Of a DNA stretch of 64,000 nucleotides, positions 57,891 through 64,000 are shown in pieces (the first letter of the stretch is position 1; each line of letters begins with the position of its first letter). The DNA is from an uncultured Chitinophagales bacterium (GTDB lineage Bacteria; Bacteroidota; Bacteroidia; Chitinophagales; JADIYW01). A program made the position numbers and the translations under genes. Where the stretch lies: contig CAZZEH010000007.1 of NCBI GenBank assembly GCA_964653095.1, positions 27,884 through 91,883 of the forward strand, read 5' to 3'. Below the pieces are notes generated by a model. It made no database searches. It was not told the origin of the DNA and was given only the letters and a program-made list of their open reading frames with translations.

Positions 57891-59198
57891 ATGAAAATAT
57901 CAGTCATAGGAACCGGATATGTAGGTTTGGTTACCGGTGTTTGCCTGTCAGAGACAGGAAATAACGTCATATGCGTTGACATTGATGAAAATAAAGTCGA
58001 ACAACTTTCAAATGGAATTCCAACAATTTACGAAATCGGGTTAGAGAAAGTTCTAAAGCAAAATATAAAAGATCAGAGGCTTACTTTTACGACAGATTTA
58101 GAGACTGCAATAAAAAAATCTGATATTATTTTTTTGGCCTTGCCGACACCTTCTGCAGAGGATGGCTCTGCCAATTTGAGTTACATAGAAGATGTAGCAA
58201 AGCAAATAGGTCCGTATATAAACAGCTATAAGATTATTGTCAACAAGAGTACTGTACCTGTCGGCACATCAGAATTGGTTAAAAATATCATCTCAAAAAA
58301 AGCAACCTTTGAATTTGATGTTATCTCCAATCCGGAATTTTTGCGCGAGGGTCGTGCTTTGGAAGATTTTATGCGTCCGGACAGAATAGTCATTGGCACC
58401 CAATCCGAAAAAGCGCGTAAACTAATGGGTGAATTGTATGCACCCTATGTTCGTCAGGGCAATCCCATACTCTTTATGGATGAGATTTCTGCCGAACTGA
58501 CCAAATATGCATCTAATTCTTTCCTCGCGACCAAGATTACTTTTATGAATGAGATATCTTCCCTGTGCGAAAAAATAGGTGCGAATATTAACGATGTCAG
58601 ATTGGGAATGGGAGCGGATGAAAGAATCGGGAAAAGCTTTTTATATGCGGGAATAGGATATGGCGGAAGCTGTTTCCCAAAAGATGTCAAGGCGCTGATT
58701 CATATTTCAGACAAAAATCAATATCAATTTAAGATTTTAAATGCGGTCCATCAGGTAAACGAGCGGCAAAAACTTGTACTTGTCCCTAAGGTTGAAAAAT
58801 ATTTTAGTGGAAATATACAGGGTAAAAAAATAGCTTTATGGGGCTTGTCTTTCAAACCCGACACAGATGACATAAGAGAAGCACCCGCTTTAGTTATTAT
58901 CGACGCATTGATTGATAAAGGTGCTCAAATAATAGCTTATGACCCGGAAGCTATTGAAAACACTAAAAACAAAATCGGGGATCAGATTTCTTACGGGACA
59001 AATTTATACGATGTTTTGGAAGGTGCGGATGCTCTGATTATTGCGACCGAATGGACTGTTTTCAGAAGTCCCGACTTCGATAAAGTGTCTAAGTTAATGC
59101 ACAATAAAGTGATTTTTGACGGGAGAAATTTATATGATTTGGAGAAAATGAGGGAGCTGGGTTTTAAGTATTTTAGCATAGGCAGAGAAGAGGTATAA
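57891..59198 (+). CDS. ugd: UDP-glucose 6-dehydrogenase
   Basis: 435 aa. '[16 protein letters not shown]' Rossmann fold and the catalytic 'GGSCFPKD'. Confidence 0.92.
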   Translation: MKISVIGTGYVGLVTGVCLSETGNNVICVDIDENKVEQLSNGIPTIYEIGLEKVLKQNIKDQRLTFTTDLETAIKKSDIIFLALPTPSAEDGSANLSYIEDVAKQIGPYINSYKIIVNKSTVPVGTSELVKNIISKKATFEFDVISNPEFLREGRALEDFMRPDRIVIGTQSEKARKLMGELYAPYVRQGNPILFMDEISAELTKYASNSFLATKITFMNEISSLCEKIGANINDVRLGMGADERIGKSFLYAGIGYGGSCFPKDVKALIHISDKNQYQFKILNAVHQVNERQKLVLVPKVEKYFSGNIQGKKIALWGLSFKPDTDDIREAPALVIIDALIDKGAQIIAYDPEAIENTKNKIGDQISYGTNLYDVLEGADALIIATEWTVFRSPDFDKVSKLMHNKVIFDGRNLYDLEKMRELGFKYFSIGREEV

Positions 59199-60145
59199 TG
59201 GAGCAAAAAAGAATTTTAATTACCGGAGCAGCCGGATTTTTGGGTTCACATTTAAGTGACAGATTCATAAAAGAAGGTTACAAAGTTATAGGTATGGATA
59301 ACCTTTCTACCGGTTCTCTTTCCAATATTGAGCATCTCTTCGGAGAAGGTAATTTTGAGTTTCATAAATATGACGTAACAAAGTTTGTACACGTACCCGG
59401 ACGACTGGACTATATTCTACACTTTGCCTCCCCTGCAAGTCCGATCGATTATCTTCAGATACCGATTCAGACACTTAAAGTAGGAGCACTGGGAACGCAT
59501 AACCTACTGGGGTTGGCAAAAGAAAAAGGAGCGAGAATATTGGTGGCATCCACGTCCGAAGTGTATGGGGATCCTGAAGTACATCCGCAGGTAGAAGAAT
59601 ATTGGGGCAATGTCAATCCGATAGGACCAAGAGGAGTATATGATGAAGCAAAAAGATTTATGGAAGCTATCACAATGGCTTATCATACATATCATAAATT
59701 AGAAACGAGAATTGTACGTATTTTCAATACCTACGGTCCGAGGATGCGGGTCAATGATGGCAGGGTGATTCCTGCATTTATGTCACAGGCTATTGAGGGA
59801 AAAGACTTTACCATGTTTGGTACCGGAATGCAAACCCGTTCTTTTTGCTATGTGGACGATTTAATCGAAGGGATATACAGGCTATTACTGAGTGATTATA
59901 GTCAGCCGGTTAATATTGGCAATCCGCAGGAGATCACATTAAAACAATTGGCAGAAGAGATTATAGAACTGACCGGAGCCGACAGTAAGATAACGTACTT
60001 ACCACTTCCGACGGATGATCCCAAAAAAAGATGTCCCAATATAGATAAGGCTAAAAATATATTGGGATGGACTCCCGTTGTCGAAAGGAAAGAAGGGCTG
60101 TCAAAGACTTTGGAGTATTTTAAACAGGTCCTATCTGAAAAATAA
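59198..60145 (+). CDS. UDP-glucuronate decarboxylase (UDP-xylose synthase-type SDR)
   Basis: 315 aa. '[14 protein letters not shown]', 'STSEVYGDP', 'YDEAKR'. Start overlaps the ugd stop (TAATG). Confidence 0.88.
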   Translation: MEQKRILITGAAGFLGSHLSDRFIKEGYKVIGMDNLSTGSLSNIEHLFGEGNFEFHKYDVTKFVHVPGRLDYILHFASPASPIDYLQIPIQTLKVGALGTHNLLGLAKEKGARILVASTSEVYGDPEVHPQVEEYWGNVNPIGPRGVYDEAKRFMEAITMAYHTYHKLETRIVRIFNTYGPRMRVNDGRVIPAFMSQAIEGKDFTMFGTGMQTRSFCYVDDLIEGIYRLLLSDYSQPVNIGNPQEITLKQLAEEIIELTGADSKITYLPLPTDDPKKRCPNIDKAKNILGWTPVVERKEGLSKTLEYFKQVLSEK

Positions 60146-60285
60146 AAATACAGCAAAGAATTTTTGTAACCACGGTTGAAATTGATATAAAGCGAAAATC
60201 GCTTTTGATATATGTAAATTTACTTCTGGCATTAGACAGAATTTTTTAACAGATTGGTACGAATATAAAATATACGAAAGCCGTA

Positions 60286-61446
60286 ATGAAAATATTGATT
60301 ACTCAGAAAATTTCTAAGCTTTCAGGCTCAGAATGGTATTTGTTGAATTTGTCCTCCGGGCTTTTAAAAAAAGGCATAGAAGTACATTTTTTGGCATTGA
60401 TTGATGTAAGAACTATTGACAGAGCCAACGATTTGGTAGAGATGTTTGTCAAAAGAGGAATCAAAGTCCACAGAATAGAAGTTACGAAAGACTTCTCTTT
60501 TAAATTGTTTAAAAGCATTTCTGACTTAATCAAAAGAGAGCAATATAATTTTGTCCACTCTAATCTGATCAGGACAGATTTCATTATTTCCATGGTTAAG
60601 CTTTTTTATAAACGTGACCTTTTTATAGTTTCTACTCATCATGGTTTTGACTTGAACTATCAGTTTAAACATGGTTTTAACGTCGTAAAATCACCTTTTA
60701 ATTTGTTTATAAGACTTTCACGATTCAATCAGAAATTTATCAATGCAAATATTGCAATATCAAAAGGAATTAAAAACCTGCACGTGGGTCATAAAACGCT
60801 GAAACCGGAAAAGATGGATGTGATTCCTTATGGATTTCAGTTTGAAAATATAACCTATAGCTCTGATATAAATAAATACAGAAAGGCTCCTATGCAGATA
60901 CTGATTGTTGGCAGGTTAATAAGTTGGAAAGGACATAAGGATGTGATGGATATCATGCCTAATCTGATCAAAAGATTGGGTAAAGATATTGCATTGGTTA
61001 TTGTGGGGATAGGAGAGTATGAAAGAGAATTGAGAAATCATGCCCGGGCTATAGGAATTGAAAAACATGTGTTTTTTGAGGGATTTAGCACAAAAGTGCA
61101 TGACTACATTAAAAATTCTGATGTGGTGGCGATTCCCTCCAGATCTGAAGGATTTTGTGTTGTTTTGATGGAGGCCTATTTTTCCGAAGGAGCAATAGCA
61201 GCATACGATGTACCTGCATTAAATGAGAACATTTTTCACAGGGAAACAGGTATGTTAGCTACCCCTTATAATCTAACAGAATTAGAAAATAATATAGTAG
61301 AAATATTAGAAAACCCCGAGCTTACAAAAAATCTCAAGCTAAACGGGAAAAAGTATTTGGAAGATTACTTAAATCTGGAAAGAATGACAGATGACACCAT
61401 TAAGTTTTATAAATCCAAAACTCCAAAGAAAAAAGCTCTCAATTAA
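60286..61446 (+). CDS. GT4-family (GT-B, retaining) glycosyltransferase
   Basis: 386 aa. C-terminal EX7E motif 'SRSEGFCVVLMEAYFSEG'. Confidence 0.85.
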   Translation: MKILITQKISKLSGSEWYLLNLSSGLLKKGIEVHFLALIDVRTIDRANDLVEMFVKRGIKVHRIEVTKDFSFKLFKSISDLIKREQYNFVHSNLIRTDFIISMVKLFYKRDLFIVSTHHGFDLNYQFKHGFNVVKSPFNLFIRLSRFNQKFINANIAISKGIKNLHVGHKTLKPEKMDVIPYGFQFENITYSSDINKYRKAPMQILIVGRLISWKGHKDVMDIMPNLIKRLGKDIALVIVGIGEYERELRNHARAIGIEKHVFFEGFSTKVHDYIKNSDVVAIPSRSEGFCVVLMEAYFSEGAIAAYDVPALNENIFHRETGMLATPYNLTELENNIVEILENPELTKNLKLNGKKYLEDYLNLERMTDDTIKFYKSKTPKKKALN

Positions 61447-61490
61447 ACAAAAGCAAGCAACGTGAATATTCTAATATATAAGACAATCGT

Positions 61491-62471
61491 ATGCAAAATG
61501 GGATATTTGTAATTTCATTGGACTTTGAGTTAATGTGGGGAGTATGGGATTCAAAATCCATAGAATCCTACGGGGAGAATATTATAAAAGTACACGAAAT
61601 AATTCCAAAGCTAATTTCGACTTTTGAAACTTATGAAGTATCCGCCACTTTTGCTACCGTCGGATTTCTTTTCAATAAGAATAAAAGTATGTTATTGAAT
61701 AATCTCCCAGAATTAAGACCTAAATACAAAAAAGAAAAATTCAACCCATACTTATCATTTATAGATTTAATTGAAGAGAAACAATCACAATACTATTTTG
61801 CTCCTGAATTGATAAAACAGGTTGCAGACTCAAAGCTTCAGGAACTGGCCACCCACACCTATGCTCATATATATTGTTTGGAAGAAGGTATGGAAGAAGA
61901 TGCGTTTGAAGCGGATTTAAAGATGGCTGTAAAAGTTGCTGATTTATATAATCAGCCTGTTAAATCTCTAATTTTTCCCAGGAATCAGTTTAATAACAAA
62001 TTTCTGTCTATTTGTGAAAAATACGGGCTTACATCGTACAGAGGAAATGAAAAGTCCTGGATATATGCTCCAAAATCAGGAGCCGAAGAAAATCCGGTAC
62101 GAAGAGCCGTTCGACTGATGGACACCTATTTGAATCTTACAGGACATCATTGTTATAACCCTTTAAATTTGAAAAATCACAAAGGAATCGTAAATATACC
62201 TTCATCCAGATTTTTCAGACCCTATAGCGAAAAACTATCTTTCTTAGAGAACCTGAAAATCAGAAGAATCAAAAAAAGTATGACCCATGCCGCTAAAAAT
62301 GGTAAGGTTTATCATCTGTGGTGGCATCCGCATAATTTCGGATATAAAACAGAAGAAATGTTTAAGCAATTGGAAGAAATACTGAAACATTATAAAACAC
62401 TTCACGAGGAATTTGGATTTAAGAGTTGCTCAATGAACGGAGTTGTAAAAATGATCCAGCATGAGAAGTAA
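61491..62471 (+). CDS. polysaccharide deacetylase-fold protein (tentative)
   Basis: 326 aa. 'FVISLDFELMWG' and 'ELATHTYAH' resemble the NodB-like deacetylase family found in EPS loci. Recalled from memory only. Confidence 0.6.
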   Translation: MQNGIFVISLDFELMWGVWDSKSIESYGENIIKVHEIIPKLISTFETYEVSATFATVGFLFNKNKSMLLNNLPELRPKYKKEKFNPYLSFIDLIEEKQSQYYFAPELIKQVADSKLQELATHTYAHIYCLEEGMEEDAFEADLKMAVKVADLYNQPVKSLIFPRNQFNNKFLSICEKYGLTSYRGNEKSWIYAPKSGAEENPVRRAVRLMDTYLNLTGHHCYNPLNLKNHKGIVNIPSSRFFRPYSEKLSFLENLKIRRIKKSMTHAAKNGKVYHLWWHPHNFGYKTEEMFKQLEEILKHYKTLHEEFGFKSCSMNGVVKMIQHEK

Positions 62472-63231
62472 AAAAGTAATAATTCTTGGTGGAGATAGCG
62501 AATCAACTCGTATAGTTTTTAACTATTTGAGTAAAAAAATCAATATTTCACATGTTGTTATAGAAGACTCAGAGTCACGCAAAAAATTTCTCAAAAGGCG
62601 AATAAGGAGGCTGGGATACTTTACTGTATTTGGACAAATTTTATTTCAACTGATAATCGTTAAGTCGCTAAGCTTATTCTCCAAAAACAGGAAAAGAAAG
62701 ATCATGTCAGACAATGATTTAAATAATGACGATATACCGGAACAAAAACTGCTGAAAGTACCATCTGTAAATTCAGAGCAAGTCATTGAACTCCTGAAAG
62801 AGATTAATCCTGATGTTATCGTGGTCAATGGCACAAGAATTATTTCTAAAAAAATTATTCAAAATGCAGGCTGTAAGTTAATTAATACTCATGCAGGAAT
62901 CACACCGAAATATAGAGGCGTACACGGAGGATATTGGGCTTTGGCCAATGATGATGCTGAAAACTGTGGAGTAACTGTGCACTATATTGATGAAGGTATT
63001 GATACCGGTAGTATTATTTTTCAATCCATTATTACTCCAACTAAAAGCGACAACTTTGTAACTTATCCACTGTTACAGCTCGCCAAGGGGCTGATAATTC
63101 TAGAGAAAGCAATCGAAAATGAATTTGAAAACAAAAATTCAATCATTTCTAACAATTTGGAAAGCAAGCTTTGGTATCATCCGACTTTTTTTCAATATCT
63201 GTATAATTACATAGTGAAGAACGTTAAATAA
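62461..63231 (+). CDS. formyltransferase-fold protein (Fmt/ArnA N-terminal-like)
   Basis: 256 aa. 'VVNGTRIISKK...INTHAGITPKYRGVHG' and 'HYIDEGIDTGSII' correspond to the N/H/D catalytic blocks of folate-dependent formyltransferases. Overlaps the upstream gene by 11 nt. Confidence 0.75.
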   Translation: MRSKKVIILGGDSESTRIVFNYLSKKINISHVVIEDSESRKKFLKRRIRRLGYFTVFGQILFQLIIVKSLSLFSKNRKRKIMSDNDLNNDDIPEQKLLKVPSVNSEQVIELLKEINPDVIVVNGTRIISKKIIQNAGCKLINTHAGITPKYRGVHGGYWALANDDAENCGVTVHYIDEGIDTGSIIFQSIITPTKSDNFVTYPLLQLAKGLIILEKAIENEFENKNSIISNNLESKLWYHPTFFQYLYNYIVKNVK

Positions 63232-63261
63232 TAGAAGTGGCTTAGATTTTAAATAAAAAAG

Positions 63262-64000
63262 ATGAAAAAATTTTTAGTGACCGGGGGAGCCGGCTTTATT
63301 GGAAGTAATATCGTTGAAAAACTTTTGGAAGAAGGATACCAGGTCAGAGTTTTAGATAATCTTTCGACCGGGAAGCAAGAAAACGTTGACTTATTTGTCA
63401 ATCATCCGAATTTTGAATTTTTGCTCGGAGATATCCGAAATATTGGCGATTGTGAGAAAGCCTGCAAAGGAATTGATGCCATTTCTCATCAGGCGGCGCT
63501 CGGTTCTGTCCCTCGCTCTATCGCAAATCCAATGGCGACCAATGCGAGTAATGTGGATGGGTTTGTAAACATACTTTTTGCCGCAAAAGAAAATGGAATT
63601 AAAAGAGTAACTTATGCCTCCTCCTCCTCTGTTTACGGGGATGAAAAAACTCTTCCAAAAACAGAAAATCGTGTAGGAAAGCCACTATCGCCGTATGCCG
63701 CTTCCAAAGCTGCAAATGAAATGTACGCCCATGCTTTTTCTTCTGTTTATGACTTAGAACTTATAGGATTCAGATACTTTAATGTTTTCGGGCCACGTCA
63801 GGACCCTTATGGACAATACGCGGCAGTGATTCCCCTTTTCGCCAAAGCTTTGATAAATGATGAAGCTCCGTTTATTAATGGGGATGGAGAGCAAAGCAGA
63901 GATTTCACTTTTGTGGCGAATGCAGTTCAGGCAAATATATTGGGACTGACTACAGAAAATAAAGAAGCCTTGAATCAGGTGTATAATATTGCATTGGGTG
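63262..64000 (+). CDS. NAD-dependent nucleotide-sugar 4-epimerase (WbpP/TviC-like), 3'-truncated by window end
   Basis: Hand-translated 'MKKFLVTGGAGFIGSNIVEKLL...SSSSVYGD...SPYAASKAANE...RYFNVFGPRQDP'. GxxGxxG plus YxxxK of the extended SDR family. Not in the ORF track because no stop occurs before the window edge. Confidence 0.85.
   Translation, partial: MKKFLVTGGAGFIGSNIVEKLLEEGYQVRVLDNLSTGKQENVDLFVNHPNFEFLLGDIRNIGDCEKACKGIDAISHQAALGSVPRSIANPMATNASNVDGFVNILFAAKENGIKRVTYASSSSVYGDEKTLPKTENRVGKPLSPYAASKAANEMYAHAFSSVYDLELIGFRYFNVFGPRQDPYGQYAAVIPLFAKALINDEAPFINGDGEQSRDFTFVANAVQANILGLTTENKEALNQVYNIALG

Noticed and set aside
1-64000. A scan for CRISPR arrays, tRNA/rRNA genes, transposases, integrases, phage genes, toxin-antitoxin pairs and known defence-system hallmarks.
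   Set aside because: None was recognised by eye. The only direct-repeat structure is the 3 x 21-bp element, which has no spacers, and no tRNA-like T-arm consensus was seen in intergenic DNA. A computational scan (tRNAscan-SE, Infernal, CRISPR finders, DefenseFinder/PADLOC) would be needed to make this definitive.

Overview
Visibly AT-rich, densely coding chromosomal segment from a gliding, T9SS-bearing member of the Bacteroidota, with about 60 CDS. All calls rest on motif recognition in the supplied translations and on reading the DNA by eye; no search or computation was run. I saw no rRNA, tRNA, CRISPR array, transposase, integrase or phage genes, so this reads as core genome rather than an accessory island.

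Landmarks:
- adk-hpt.
- A long minus-strand run: BamA-like OMP, DUF4271-like, hemD, porP/sprF, gldK, gldL, gldM, gldN, ended by a clear terminator.
- hemW, flippase, dut, nucleotidyltransferase, TPR protein.
- A self-contained three-gene module: Cys-rich mini-protein, TonB-dependent receptor, exported HMA protein.
- GMC oxidoreductase, LMW-PTP, FKBP, gmhB, ctaA, rng, HU.
- mutY-ssb-gldE-gldD.
- nadB, hflX, uvrD, a Nudix hydrolase, a PP-loop sugar amidotransferase, recG, gcvH, trmH-like, tag.
- An ECF sigma module with a T9SS cargo gene.
- The start of a polysaccharide locus: ugd, UDP-GlcA decarboxylase, GT4, deacetylase fold, formyltransferase fold, WbpP-like epimerase (truncated by the window edge).

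Several ORF-track starts were re-set using the Bacteroidota -7 box TAnnTTTG.

I cannot point to a convincing new defence or mobile system. The best non-textbook candidates are:
1. The Cys-rich/TBDT/HMA outer-membrane metal module.
2. An unannotated 30-codon hyper-basic micro-ORF resembling bS22/AURKAIP1-type ribosomal mini-proteins.
3. A GC-rich hairpin plus 3 x 21-bp tandem repeat.
4. An Arn-like set of enzyme folds in the polysaccharide locus.
5. A cargo-less T9SS C-terminal-domain protein.
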